Below are positions 1-17,062 of a stretch of 64,000 nucleotides of DNA, in pieces. Position numbers and translations under genes: made by a program. Numbering within the stretch: position 1 is the stretch's first letter; each line of letters begins with the position of its first letter. This stretch comes from the human T2T-CHM13v2.0 reference genome, Homo sapiens: assembly GCF_009914755.1 (NCBI RefSeq), contig NC_060928.1; one strand, written 5' to 3'. Below the pieces are notes generated by a model, which ran no database searches, had not been told where the DNA came from, and was given only the letters and a program-made list of their open reading frames with translations.

Positions 1-1245
1 CAGACTACAAGAGACAATAGTGAGAAAGCTGAGAAAGCTGGTGATCCACACCCTTTCCATTGGAAGCCTACAGGGAGCTTTCCCCTAGGGCCCCACGTGG
101 TCAGCCTTAGAGCGACTAACACTTCCTAATTCAAGAAACCAACCCTTGGCCCCTGCACAGCGAGAACCAAGATGAATTGATTAATGCACAGTGAAAACTA
201 TAATTCTCACAAAGACAAAATCTTGTCAGCAAGTATGTCTGTCCCCCATAGCCTGGTGTTTAGCAAATGAAATATTTGAAATTCAGTGACCACAACATCT
301 GCTCCTCAGGCCAGTATCTGGATGCTTATTGTCCATGTTCAGGTACATCCATCTCAAAGGATGTAGAGCCACACACCTTCTTTCATCTTACATCATTTAT
401 TTTGTTATTTCCTATACAGGGCAGGGACTTTTCTTGGACAGAGAAGCTGAGAAGTATCAGATAAAGATGACCTGCATGTACTGGAAAATAATCTGTGGTT
501 TATATGTAGGCGGATGGAAGCAAACCAGGGTAATATACATTTAGAGGCAGAGGGCTCTCACAATATCCTCTTCAAAAAACATTAGGATGAAAACAGTTGC
601 AGAACATTTCTAGTAAAATATATCATTAAAACTTAGGCTAACTTAACTCTTTCCACCTACACACTTTAGTAATTTACAAATAGCGTTTAAGCATATATTT
701 CATTTAAAATAGAGTCCACATGATTGAAATAGTTATGAAACTCTGAGAGACTCTCAATAGAACTCTTAGCTGCTTATTACTATCTCCTAAGAAAACAATT
801 TAACTACCCTCTTCTCATTAAAAAGTAAATAAAAATAGTCTTCATGATATTGTAAAGATCTAATAATGCTTCCTTTGACTTGTAGGAACAAAAGAAGAAT
901 TTGTAGTTCACAGCCACATGAGATAGTCAAGTGTTAAAAGGGAAAAAGAGCTATCGAAGGCAGGAAGCAAAATGCCTTCAGAGATAAAAGGTTATTCGTG
1001 GCTGAGTGAAAAAAATGGACAATGAGCAGAAAATAATTTATACTACAAAGTCTTTAGACGTCATTTACTTGGTAAGACATTATAGAAATATTTTTGGCCG
1101 TTTTGTTTGCTTTAAAATCCACTTAACTACAAAGTGACTTCACAGTTTAAAAATGACATAACATAATCTATATGGTACTACACTGATAATATCATCTAAT
1201 CTTTCATTATGCTGTGACCAAGTCTTCTGTTAAAAGTCTAATTTT

Positions 1246-1588
<343 letters not shown>

Positions 1589-1712
1589 TTAAGCAGCTAT
1601 AAAATTATCAAAAATTAATGCTAGAAGAAATCTTAACTTATATCTTTCTTGAGATAACAGCTCTCTACATTTCAGTCTTTTTTAACTGTGGTTTTAGAAT
1701 TTCTACCTCTAG

Positions 1713-2023
<311 letters not shown>

Positions 2024-2227
2024 AGAAAAAAATTCTTATGCCATTTTTAACTGAATATGTCCATAAAATGAAGTGGTTCTAACTAATTAGCACTTTTTCA
2101 AACATTGGCAAATATTATATTATTTATTCTCTGAAAATACCTACAAGTTATCTCCATACACCTATGCATCCTTCTTATTCTACAGATGGACGGAAATTTT
2201 AAAATTGTAAAAGCACCTCTGCATTGC

Positions 2228-2795
2228 TATATTAGTTCCCTATTGCTGCCGTAACAAATTACTGTAAATGCAGTTTATTAAAACAACACAGACACATTAT
2301 TTTACCATCTGGAGGACAGAAATCCAAAATGGGTCTTCAGGGCTGCATTCCCTCTGGAGGCTCTAAGAGAGAGTCTATTGCCTTTCCATCTCCAGCTTCT
2401 AGAGGCTCCTGCCTTCCACGGCTAGTGACCTTCCATCACTACAGCCTCTGCTTCCGTCATCGCATCTCCTCCTGCCTCCTTCTTTTCCTTATAGGACCCC
2501 TGATTATCTTGGGCCCACCTTGTAATGTAAAGTAAACTCCCATCTTAATATCCTTGACGGGGCGCGATGGGCCAGGCCTGCAATCCCAGCACTTTGGGAG
2601 GCTGAGGCGGGCGGATCACAAGGTCAGGAGATCGAGAGCATCCTGGCTAACATGCTGAAACCCCATCTCTACTTAAACAAAAAAAAAGATCCTTTATCAC
2701 TGCAAAGGCTTTTTTGCTATGTAACCTAACATGTTCAAGGATCCCAGGTACTAGGATGTGGACATCTTTGCAGGATCATTATTCTGCCTGGTACA
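2228..2795 (-). mobile_element. MaLR solo LTR (MLT1D/C-like), interrupted by an Alu monomer
   Basis: tattagttccctattgctgccgtaacaaattac ... attctgcctggtaca matches the recalled reverse-strand MLT1 termini. Confidence 0.8.
2556..2687 (+). mobile_element. AluY-type left monomer only
   Basis: Left arm (gagatcgagagcatcctggctaaca) ending in an A-run; imperfect TSD aatatcctt / aagatcctt. Confidence 0.85.
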
Positions 2796-2834
2796 GCTGC
2801 CTAGTGTTCAGTGTCCACTAAAACACTTTATTTC

Positions 2835-3612
2835 TCTGCTAATATTTTGTTGAGGATTTTGTGTCTTTGCTCAGGAGGAATCTATATTGCTTTGTAATTT
2901 TCTTTCCTTCTGACATCTTTTTCTGGTTTTGCCATGAGGCCTAAGTTGGTCTCAAAAACAAAGACAGTAAATGTTCTTTTCTGTCTTCTGCTAGTGTCTA
3001 TATAAAATTGAGATGATGTCTTCCTTTAAAGTTTGATAGAATTCACACTTACGTTTGAAGTGCTTGAGGAAATGTTTTTAGTTATAAATTCAATTTCCTT
3101 AATTTCTCTTTTTGGTAATTTGTGCCCTTGAGAAACTTCATGTCCTCTAAGATTCAAATTTATTGAAATGTAGTTATTCGTGTTGTTTTTTAAAAATTAT
3201 CTATTGGATGCATAGTAATGTCCCTTCCTCCAAGCTAATTTTTGATGTCTCTACTTAGTAGATTATCAATTTTTGTCAAAGAACAAGCTTTTTTGTTTAT
3301 ATTCATGTTTCCCTGTTGCTTTTGTCCATTTAGTATTTCATTGTTTTCGGCACTATAATTACCTACTTACTCTTCATTAGTTTTAATTTTCTCTTTTTCT
3401 TCTAATTTCTTAAGGTGAAATCTTATATCACTGATTTTGTGCCTTTCTTATGTATGAATATATGCATCCAAAGTTCTAAATTTCCCTCTAACACTGTTTT
3501 CTCGGCATCCCTCAACCTTTAGCATGTTGATTCATTCACTGTCATTGAATTTAAAATATTTTCTAATTTTATTTGTAACTTTTTTCATGAGCTCATGGGT
3601 TATTTGGAAGTA
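2835..3612 (-). mobile_element. Old L1 (L1M) ORF2 fragment, antisense
   Basis: T-rich decayed L1 ORF2 antisense (ctaatattttgttgaggatttt; aagaacaagctttt; ctctaacactgttt). Confidence 0.7.
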
Positions 3613-4145
3613 TATAGTAAGGATGTTATAGGAAAATCAGCTTGAGTATTTCTCACAAATATGAAGTTGGTTTAATATTAAAAAATCAGTGTAATATACC
3701 ATTATCAGTAAAATAATAAAGCATGTTAATCTCTACAAATGAAAAGTATTCACAAAATTCAACATCCATTCATGATGAAAAATTATCAGAACATGAGGAA
3801 TAGAAAGGAATTTGTGTAACTTTATAAAGGACCTCTTCCAAGAAACTGAATCTATCCTCCTAATGGTAGAAGAATATTTTCTCCCCTAAGATGAGAACAA
3901 GGCAGGAATGTCCACTATTACTTCTTTCCTGTATTGTACTGGAGGTCCTGCCAGAGTTAGATGCACTGGGCAATGAAGAAATACAAAAATAAAGGTATAA
4001 ATTTGAAAGGAAGAAGAAACATTGTTAGGTGACAGTTATGTACATGGAAAAGCCTGAGAATCTACCAAAATGCTACCAGAACTCATATTTCTATGTATTA
4101 CCAATGAACAATTGGAAATTACAATTTAAAAATAAATGCCAGATA

Positions 4146-4692
4146 TTTTAAATTTTATTTTAAGTTCAAGGGTACATGTGCAGTATGTGCAGGTTTGTTA
4201 CATAGGCAAATGTGTATTATGGGGATTTGCTGTGCAGATTATTTCATCACCCAGGTATGAAGCCTGGTACCCGTTAGTTATTTTTCCTGATCCTCTCCCA
4301 CCTCCTACCTTCCACCCTCCAATAGGCCCCATTGTGTGTTGTTCCCCTCTATGTGTCTGTGTGTTCTCGTCATTTAGCTCCCGCATAAGTGAGAACATGC
4401 TGTATGGTTTTCTGTTCCTGCATTACTTTGCTAAGGATAATGGCCTCCAGCTTCATCCATGTCCCTGCAAAGGACATGATCTCATTCTTTTTTATGGCTG
4501 CATTGTATTCCATGCTGTATATATACCATATTTTCTTTATCCAGTCTATCATTGATGGGCATTTAGGCTGATTCCATGTCTTTGACATTGTGAATAGTGC
4601 TGCAGTGAACAAACATGTGCCTGTGTCTTTATAATAAAATGATTTCTATTCCTTTGGGCACATACCCAATAATGGGGTTGCTGGGTCAATGG
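4146..4692 (-). mobile_element. L1PA/L1PB 3' end, 5'-truncated
   Basis: Primate L1 3' UTR antisense (gtacatgtgcag...tgtgcaggtttgttacatagg); ORF 4370-4612 gives the L1 ORF2 C-terminus (MFTAALFT...KTWNQPKCPSMIDWIKK...MSFAGTWMKLEAIILSK). Confidence 0.92.
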
Positions 4693-4697
4693 CATAA

Positions 4698-5022
<325 letters not shown>

Positions 5023-5175
5023 AAATACCATTTTCAATTTTATAAAAAAATAAATATTTAGGGATATGTCTGGAATAAATGTGCAAGATGTAGCATAGAG
5101 ATAGAGATGCAGATCAATGGTACAGAATAGAGAATACAGAGGGAAACCTAAAAAATATGGTCAATTGAGTTTCTG

Positions 5176-6000
5176 TTGCTCTACATCCTCGCCAGCATTT
5201 GGTGCTGTCAGTGTTTTGGTTGTAACCATTTAGATATGCAATGCTATTTTGTTTTAATTTGCACGCAGTATCCAGTTGCTTCAGCATCCTTTGTTAAAAA
5301 GGCTATCATTATTTTCCCTTTGCATTATCCAGGTGCCTTTGTTGAAAATCAAGTAGCCATGATTATAGTGGTTTATTTTTACACTCTGTATTGTTTTCAT
5401 TGATCTATATGTCTATCCTTATGCAAATATCAGACTGCTTTAATTACCATAGCTTTATAGTAAGCTTTGGAATCAGGCAGCATAATTCTTCTAATTATGC
5501 TTTTTCTTGAAATTGTTTTTTGACAGTTCTAGGGGATTTTTGTTTGTTCGTTTGTTCATTTTTGCTTTTCCATAAAAATTTTAGGATTGGATTGTCAACT
5601 TCTTTAAAAGCTTGGTAGAATTTTGATAGGAATTGCACTGAATCTATAGATTAATTGCTGTCTTAACACTATTGAATCTTCTGGGCATAGATATTTCTGC
5701 ATTTGTTTAGAATGTAAGCATGTATGTATTTTTTCTCAGCTCTTTAAGTTTCCAGTGTTCAGATTTTTACACTTGTTTTATTAAATTTATTTCTAAGTAT
5801 TTTATTATTCTTAAATGGGATTTTCTTAATTTTATTATCAGATGTTTTGTTACTAAAATAAAGAAATAAATTGAGTTTTTATAATCTTGTAATCTGTGAC
5901 ATTGCTAAAATTATGCATTAGTTCTATAATTTTATAATTCCCTAAGATTTTCTATATACAATAATGTTTTCTATGAATAATGACTTTCATTTATTACTTA
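5176..6000 (-). mobile_element. Old L1 ORF2 fragments, antisense
   Basis: ttgttgaaaatcaag, tagctttatagtaagctttggaatcagg, ttgataggaattgcactgaatctatagattaat. Confidence 0.7.
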
Positions 6001-9000
6001 ACATTATTTCAAAGAAACAACTATAATATTTTTAAATTTCTTTTTAAAAAGTGTATTCAGAAATCTTTTACGAATAGCATTTTACATTCGCCACATATAA
6101 ACTGCATATTTCCTTTCAACATCTTAATTAATATGGTTCCATTAACTGAAACCTGGCCCTTAACAGGTTATCCATAGGGACACGGGAGTACTTACTGTGC
6201 CATCCAGAGGTTACTTCCTGCAGGATTATAGAAGCTGTTCAGTTTCTGTTAATTCCTGAAATTCACTAGCCTGTGTGAGTCTCCCAAGCTGTCAATAGTG
6301 ATCATATGGATGACTAGCAAAACCTTGAACATACTGTAGGCAACAGTAGCTACTCAAGTATTAGTTGAATGAGTTTATTTCTGACTCCTCCTCATCCTCA
6401 CATCAGTTTGTCTTCCTAAAGGGACATTAAAGAAGAGGCATAAAGTTCAAACTTGAAAGTACAAACTTGATTAAGGCTCAAGCTCAAACTTGATTAAGGC
6501 TTTCATCTCTCTGCAGTTGGGATAGGTAGATATAAAACCTTTTACTACATCTTAGACTCATCTACTGTGAATTAGGTTCATTTACATACAAACACATACA
6601 CACACACACAAGAAAAAACTCAATGTAAACATAAATGAAAATTCTTTTAAGCACCATTTCCAGGGGAAAATAATGGGAACAAAAAATTATTTTCCTGTAA
6701 ATCCTTTAATCCTTTCTTTAGAAAAAGTCACATTCCTTTTTTTTCTACTTCTGTCCTAATTTCTGAAGTTCCTCTGAGAATGGATTGTATAATCTGAAAG
6801 CGTTTTAGACACATGCATTATGTCTCTCTTTTTGAATGCCTAAGATACTGGAGGAATTTAATAATTACCTTTTATCTTAAAGATAAAATATGGCTTCATT
6901 TCCTAAAAGTCAAAGGACTGTCTTGTGGTGTCCAATTCTGAGCTCAGATCAGTCATCTCAGTCAGCTTGAGCTATTATTACTCTTAGTCTAAAAATTATT
7001 TTTGTTCCCCTATATATAGCCCCCCTCACTTCTTCCTTAAGAGACTGAGAATTTTTCAAGCCCACTCATATCAATGTGATATCGTAGATTCGATTAAATG
7101 TGATGTTCACTGTTTTTTGTATTGAAAAGGCACGACTCCTCATGTACAAGATGATTCTACATTTTTGAATTCCAAAATAAATTTGTTTCAATGTTGTATA
7201 AGATTGAAGATGTCCACCCTGATGTTTTTCCAAACAAACTATAAATGGTCTTAATATGACTGCCTATTAAATTATATTTTTAAAAAGTAGATCCTATTGT
7301 TTTTTCATATTTTAAAAGTCAATGTTCACTGATTTTCTGATAAGCTATACTTCATATATGTTCTTTTATATAACCACTGTATATTCAAATTGGATGCTTG
7401 CTATTAGCATGAAGGGCCTCTTTATTAACTGATTTTGTACATTATCTAGTATAAGGAGGAAGCCACAAAGAATACATCATATTTTCCAAATGCAGGTAGA
7501 ATCTCATATGAGTTTTCACTAGAAAGGAAAATTAAATTTTCTTTTTACAGTTTTTGGCATGGTCCAAATACAGGATACTTTGTGAGACAAGGATCTGGGA
7601 AGAAAGAAAGGAATGATGTGTTTATATTATGCTTGTGAGTAAGTCTAGGACTACAGCTTTATCACTGAACTGAGGTCTTGTTGTTCACCAATCAATGTAA
7701 TAGAAATGGCAGTTAAGAAACAGATATTCATGCCAAAACTAGAGGTTGCATTCAAGCCTGCATTCAGAGAAGTTAAAAGTTCTAAAAACAAAACAAAATA
7801 GAAACTAGAGCTAAATTAACCTTGGAGAATTAAAAGTAGACTAAAGACAGAAAGAAATGAAGGCAGATTCTAGAAGGCATATTTTCGGCCTCAAGATTGG
7901 CCTAATATGGATGAAAGCCTGAATGTGCTTTCTCCAAAAATAGAGAGGAAAATTCCTTTGTGTGTGAGACCTCAAGTCTTTAAGGAGGTGTAGGATGGAG
8001 TTTTATAGACTAAAATTATCAAGTTCAAATGAGCAAGTGTTACATTTTCAAGAAAGAAAGAGCTGGATCATGTCAAGGGCTGAGGTTGGGAAACACATAT
8101 GAAACCTGGAGGTCACATTAGTTCCAGAGGTGCTGATGTGAGAGACAAAACATGTTAGTGAATGCAAATGACCAGTTTGGATTCATTTATTCAACTTAAG
8201 CAGAGAGCAGAATTTCCTCTGGGTCATAGTCTGCTCTTGAAAAGTGTAGAATAGGCTCATTAATCTGATAGTCTATCCTCCAGCAAACATTACTGTCAAA
8301 AGGGACAATATTAGTAAATAAAGGAAAGCAATATCTCCTGTTTCCAACCAATGAATGATCTAGGTAATTTCCTCTTATACAATAAATGAAGGATATTAAA
8401 TGTGTATATACATGTGTGTATATGTGTGTATACATGTATATATATATATGTTTGACCTTCTCCATACATTTAAAAAATTAAATTGTAGTATTTATTGACG
8501 CTTTCCTGATCTTTGCTAGAAATAATTGCTCTTTATTATACTTTTGGGAGAATATATCCATGTAACCCTTTTTTGAGAATTGACAATGTAGAATTCTCAC
8601 AGAACAAAGGATCTCACCAAAAACATGTTTTATTTCACTTTTAGTCTCTGGGTTCTGGTATAATATACGTGCTGAGTTTTAGCACATTTTTAGTAAATTT
8701 GCTTTGCTTAAAGCTATTAATTAGAATTACATATAGACAATTAGTCATGCTTTACGTTTTACCTGTAGAGAGAACTGAACACTATTTTAAAATAAGAATA
8801 ACTGGAGTTGCAAGAAACGGAAACAACCCACAGAGCACTGTCATAGCCAGTTGGCGCTTCATTACATCTTTCCACAATTACTTAGAATTCGCTGGATGAA
8901 ACATTTGCTACAAATCATTGCTAATGCAGCATCTTAAATAACCTCAAAATGAGCCGGTACATTTCTATTAAACTGCCTTAATGAACAATTTAAGAAGTAA

Positions 9001-9936
9001 AATACTCCACTATGTTATAATGCATTTTTTTCTCCCTCTTCACATGTTATTTATGTTGTTGATTTTTTTTGTAGTACTAATTTTCACAACTAGGAGAATT
9101 GCTGATAATAGAAAAATTTCTCCAGAGAATTCTGGTCATCCCAAGATCCCACTGGCCAGTGCAAGATTTTTGTGGGTGCTTTATACCGTAAACTTTTCTC
9201 TCCATTTCAAATGTCTTCAGCATTTTTTTAGGAGGACTGCTGATTGTCTGCTCAATTATAGTAGAGATGTTTAATTCTATTTGCAATGCTCAGTAATTTA
9301 AAGAAAGGTGGAAAAGGAGTCATATGAAGAGCCACAGAGCTCAATGATATTTTAGGTTTTGCTGATGTTTTTACGTTTTCTCTTAAAATTATGTTTCCAA
9401 TGTAATGATCTTTCTAGTTACATAAAATAGAAGAACAAAGCACTCTGGAGGAAGAATGGTGCTACCAGCATGCCTCCTTGGGGTTGGCAGCCTGGCTAGG
9501 TAGTTTTGCAGGGTTCTTGGGTAGAGGTAAGCCAGTTGACATAAAGAATCCAGCAAACTTCCAGGAGAGCCCCAGGCCTCTTGCTTGCCTGAAGCAGAAA
9601 TATGACACCCATACTGAGAAATAATGGGAGATGGCCATGCTCCATCACTGTAGAATATAAAGGTAAAGAAGACCCTCAAATAAACCTGCAATGAATGGGA
9701 AGAGCCAAGGCCAGTAGGGGCTTGGCCAACCACAAGATGGGTCATTGTGCTGGTGTGGAAGGGGGTCCACTGTCCGGGAGGGCTGGTTGTGGTTTGGGGA
9801 CAGGGAAGAAGTGAGTGTCTCAGGATCAGGGCAGTTGCTCATGCCACAACTATTGTGGCCTAGCTTTAAGATGAAGAATTGTGCTCAGCTGAAAGAGCAC
9901 TTTCAGCAGATAAAAGGACCAAGGACCTTGAATTCC

Positions 9937-10165
9937 TTCCCCATTTGGTGTGGTGGTGTCTCATTTGGATGAATTCGTCTTACCTTCAGCCATTCCCCGT
10001 TCGGTGTGGTGTTGTCTCATTTGGATGAATCCGTCTTACCTTCAGTCATTCCCCGTTTGGTGTGGTGTTGTCTCATTTGGATGAATCTGTCTTACCTTCA
10101 GTCATTCCCCATTTGGTGTGGTGTTGTCTCATTTGGATGAATCTATCTTACTTTCAGTCATTCCC
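9937..10165. repeat. 56-bp minisatellite, 4 copies
   Basis: Unit ttccccRtttggtgtggtgttgtctcatttggatgaatctgtcttaccttcagtca starts at 9937, 9993, 10049 and 10105. Confidence 0.97.
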
Positions 10166-10360
10166 TTGATGCTGCAATTGTCTGTGCATAATCCTCTAGC
10201 AGGAACATCACTGCAGATGGCTTTTATAAAATGTCAAATAGTGTCTCTAACTTCTAATTTTAGAGCTCCCAGAGAGGGCTAAGCCCCAAAGTAGCTCAGT
10301 CTATGTCTGGAGTCCCACTAGGGTCTTGTGAAAAAAGTTCTTACCTAGTATATTCTTACC

Positions 10361-10700
10361 TAGTATAGTTTGTATATGTTTTGCCTCCAAATCGCACATT
10401 GAACTGTGATCCCCTGTGTTGGTGGTAGGGCCTGGTGGGAGGTGTTTGGGTCATGGGGCAGATTCCTCAGAAAGGGCTTGGTGCCGTCCTTGTGACAATG
10501 AGTGACTTCTTGCTCTATCAGTTTTCCTGACATTGATTGCTGAAAGCATCCTGGTGCCTCCCTCTTCTCTCTCTCCCTGTGTCTTGCATCCCCTCTTGCT
10601 ATGTGATGCCTACTCTTCTTCACCTTCCGTCATGATTGGAAACTTCCTGAACCCCTCACCAGAAGCACATTTAACACTGATGACTAGTACCATGCTTCTC
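10361..10700 (+). mobile_element. MSTB-like MaLR LTR, 3'-truncated
   Basis: gggcctggtgggaggtgtttgggtcatggggcagat, ccttccgtcatgattggaaacttcctga, ccctcaccagaagca. Confidence 0.85.
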
Positions 10701-10744
10701 AAACATTTTTATAGTGATATTTTCTTGACACTTCTTGCATCACT

Positions 10745-11520
10745 GGGCTTCTCAAGCCTTTCTTTAAATATGAGTGTTGGCCACAGCTCTATCTTTAGAC
10801 TCCTAATGTTTTCACTTGGCCACAATGGCCAATTAATTGTTGAAGATTCCAAAATCTATACCTCTAGCTTAGTATATTTTGCTGAAATAAAGACTCTCAC
10901 ACCCACATGTCCCCGGGTCATATTTATGTGCACATGCCACAGGTTGCTCAGATTTAGGACTTCTGGCCCATTTTTGATTCCGTCTCTTCATAGTCACATC
11001 CACATGTCCCATCAATATAACCAACTTCCAAAAAGTTCTCTCTCTCCACACTCCCCTTACCTTCACCACTCTTTAAAACAATGGCTAAATCCCACTAACC
11101 AATTTTATTACATCTGGTGTGACACCTCCCCTTCACCTTCCCAGCTGCTGACAGACTGACTTTTCTAAAACACAAATCTCTATCAGTCAATTTTCTTCAC
11201 AGGAAACTCCTGCCTTCTTGAAGTCAGCCTAAATTTGCCCAGACCTCTCCACTGTTATCTCCTTTCACTCCCTCCATATGTATGCTTTCTCCAGCTGAAT
11301 GGAGTTTCCTGCCACTCTGCAAGTTTTGGCATGATTTCCGCCTCTGTGTGTTCACACAGACCGGTCTTGGTGAACACTTGTTCCTGTTCTCAGGTCCCTT
11401 CATCTAACAAGTTCTCAACTTCCTTCAAATTCAGCTCTAGTGTCAAGACCACCTAAAGACTTCTCTGCACGTATCCACCTCTGTTTTTGCCTCCTGTTAC
11501 GGTGCACCCTGTAAACGGCG
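10745..11520 (+). mobile_element. L2 LINE fragments, highly decayed
   Basis: gaagattccaaaatctatacctctagc, ttctaaaacacaaatct, tccttcaaattcagctc. Confidence 0.5.
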
Positions 11521-11564
11521 CTATCATTACACTATTTCCTCCGGAGAGTGAGGCTGTAGTTTCA

Positions 11565-11715
11565 TGATACTAGTTAACACATAGTACTTCACTTACGCCT
11601 CACAAGTAACCTAATAAGAAGAGACACTTACGATTATGCTCCTTTTACAGATCAATAACATGAGAGACAGAAAATTGAAAACAAAAAATTAACTAAGGCC
11701 ACACACTAAATGGCC
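11565..11715 (-). mobile_element. MIR fragment
   Basis: ccttttacagat...gagagacagaaa...taaggccacacactaaatggc (MIR core). Confidence 0.55.
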
Positions 11716-11716
11716 T

Positions 11717-12599
11717 TTGCACCTCACAGACCCTGCGCCCCTCACAGACGCCGCGCCGCACCTCACAGACGCCGCGCCACACCTCAGACCCTGCGCCGCA
11801 CCTCACAGACCCTGCGCCCTACGTCACAGACGCCGCGCCACACCTCACAGACGCCGTGCCACACCTCACAGACCCTGCGCCCCACCTCACAGACGCCGCG
11901 CCACACCTCACAGACCCCGCGCCCTACCTCACAGACCCTGCGCCCCACCTCACAGACGCCGCGCCACACCTCACAGACGCCGCGCCACACCTCACAGACG
12001 CCGCGCCACACCTCACAGACGCCGCGCCACACCTCACAGACGCCGCGCCACACCTCACAGACCCCGCGCCCCACCTCACAGACCCCGCGCCCCACCTCAC
12101 AGACGCCGCGCCACACCTCACAGACGCCGCGCCACACCTCACAGACGCCGCGCCACACCTCACAGACCCCGCGCCCTACCTCACAGACCCTGCGCCCCAC
12201 CTCACAGACGCCGCGCCACACCTCACAGACCCCGCGCCCCACCTCACAGACGCCGCGCCACACCTCACAGACGCCGCGCCACACCTCACAGACGCCGTGC
12301 CGCACCTCACAGACCCTGCGCCGCACCTCACAGACCCTGCGCCCTACGTCACAGACGCCGCGCCACACCTCACAGACCCTGCGCCACACCTCACAGACGC
12401 CGCGCCACACCTCACAGACGCCGCGCCACACCTCACAGACGCCGTGCCACACCTCACAGACCCTGCGCCGCACCTCACAGACCCTGCGCCCTACGTCACA
12501 GACGCCGCGTAGCACCTCACACACCCTGCGCCGCATCTCACAGACGCCGCGCCCCACCTCACAGATTCACAGACGCTGCACCGCACTGCACAGACACTG

Positions 12600-12600
<1 letters not shown>
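11717..12600. repeat. 21-bp GC/CpG-rich VNTR, about 40 copies
   Basis: Unit cacctcacagacgccgcgcca with variants (ccctgcgccc, ccccgcgccc, tacgtc); degenerates into Tigger1 sequence at about 12560-12640. Confidence 0.97.
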
Positions 12601-15355
<2,755 letters not shown>

Positions 15356-16831
15356 TATTCTTCCATGGAAAAACTCCTTCAGGATTTTTGGTTTCTGGTT
15401 AGAAGGCACATAACATGTATTAGATGACTTTTTCTCTCTTTTGAATAGGCTAACAGGGCCATAATGCTGTCACAATAACCTACTCTTGCAGAAAATGAGA
15501 ATTGTTCTAAGAAAGTCACTTCTTATTTTCGTGTCTTAACTATTTCAATTGAGAAATGAATGAAGAAAGATTTAGGAGAGAAACATTTTTCTAACATTTT
15601 AGAAGAGCTTTGGGGATAGTGGATAATGAAAGAAAGATTTCTAGAACACTAGCAGATTTGAAGATAAAAGTTGCTGGGAGATGCAAAGATGATAAGAATT
15701 TTACGCAAACAGCCCATTTAATAGCCATTTACACGAGTGGTCTAATTCTAAGAAGTGCATGAAGAAGTGCTTCGATTTAGCTCTTAACGTCCAAGTGATT
15801 ATTTCAGGCCTTTAAAAAATACAAACTTGGGTAGAAAACAACAAAACAACTCATAAATATGTCACCTTTGCTAAAAATCAAATTCTGTTTCCTAAATTTA
15901 AAATGTAGTATGATTGGTTACTCTGTAAGGAAGCAAACAAAAAGTGCCAAAGAAAGCAGAAATCAGCATGTTTCCTAACAACAGAAATGGAGTTATAGAA
16001 TCAAAAAAATAAGATCCTGCAGCTCATTCCATTTTCCAAATATTCAATATAGCTTTTAGCTACCAGATAAAATAGGAGTAGGAGATATATGTTTATATAT
16101 TAAGTATTGTCAAAGAAAATATAGTAATTATAAACATATGTAAAAATATCCTTTGTTTATCATTTTAGTAAAATATTACATTGACCCAAATGTAATATTG
16201 CGTGTATGCACGGAAGTGAATTGCATTTTAAAAATCAACATAGATTTTTCCTACTATTCTTTAGGAACTTAATGACTTAGCTTGAATGAAGCTCTGTTTA
16301 CAGACTATAATATTTTACTCAAATTAAAAGACAGCTTTTTACTTAAATTCTCTTCAATTAAGACCTATTATCAAGTAAATGATCTTTAGTTTTATTTTCT
16401 TTCCAATGCATTTTGGTTACCTACATCCATACTCAGGAAAAGGCAAGCTTTCTTATTTTCAAAATACAACCTTTTGTTTTAAAATAATTTAAGACCTAAA
16501 ATAAGCCACACAAATAATACAGAGTTCCTATGTGTCTTGTACACAAATTCCTCTGGTTACAATTTCTCTCATATCAAACAAAATGACAGTTAATGCCAGG
16601 AAATTAACACTGGTGTGTACATACAATATATGTATACACATTCATAAGCTAGATGTAATATATTGAAGTCAGACAAATATGCAATACATAATGGAAGTCA
16701 TTTCTGGTAATAAAGAAAAATGTACAATCTATGCATCAGTGCTGTAAAATACAAAACCAAATAGCTTGTGTAGCAAGAGGGCAAGCAAGAATTAGTCTTT
16801 GGGCAGAGGCCTCTGAGCCAGGTTCTCTGGG

Positions 16832-16833
<2 letters not shown>

Positions 16834-16881
<48 letters not shown>

Positions 16882-17030
16882 CTTCTCTAAAAATACAAAT
16901 ATATGATTATATATATGCACACACAGTGTACACACATACAAGTGTATATATACACAATTGTGTACACACGTGTCTATATATACACTATATATGTATACAT
17001 ATATATAATTGTGTGTGTATGTATATATAT
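16834..17030. repeat. (TG)n microsatellite followed by a TA/CA low-complexity tract
   Basis: About 20 TG units at 16834-16875, then alternating purine-pyrimidine degenerate sequence. Confidence 0.9.
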
Positions 17031-17031
17031 T

Positions 17032-17062
<31 letters not shown>

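Noticed and set aside
9937-10165. CRISPR-like regular repeats
   Set aside because: Head-to-tail units with no unique spacers, no cas genes, and the DNA is primate
10533-11159. 208-aa ORF
   Set aside because: It spans MST LTR and L2 remnants, has a non-ATG start and no recognisable domain
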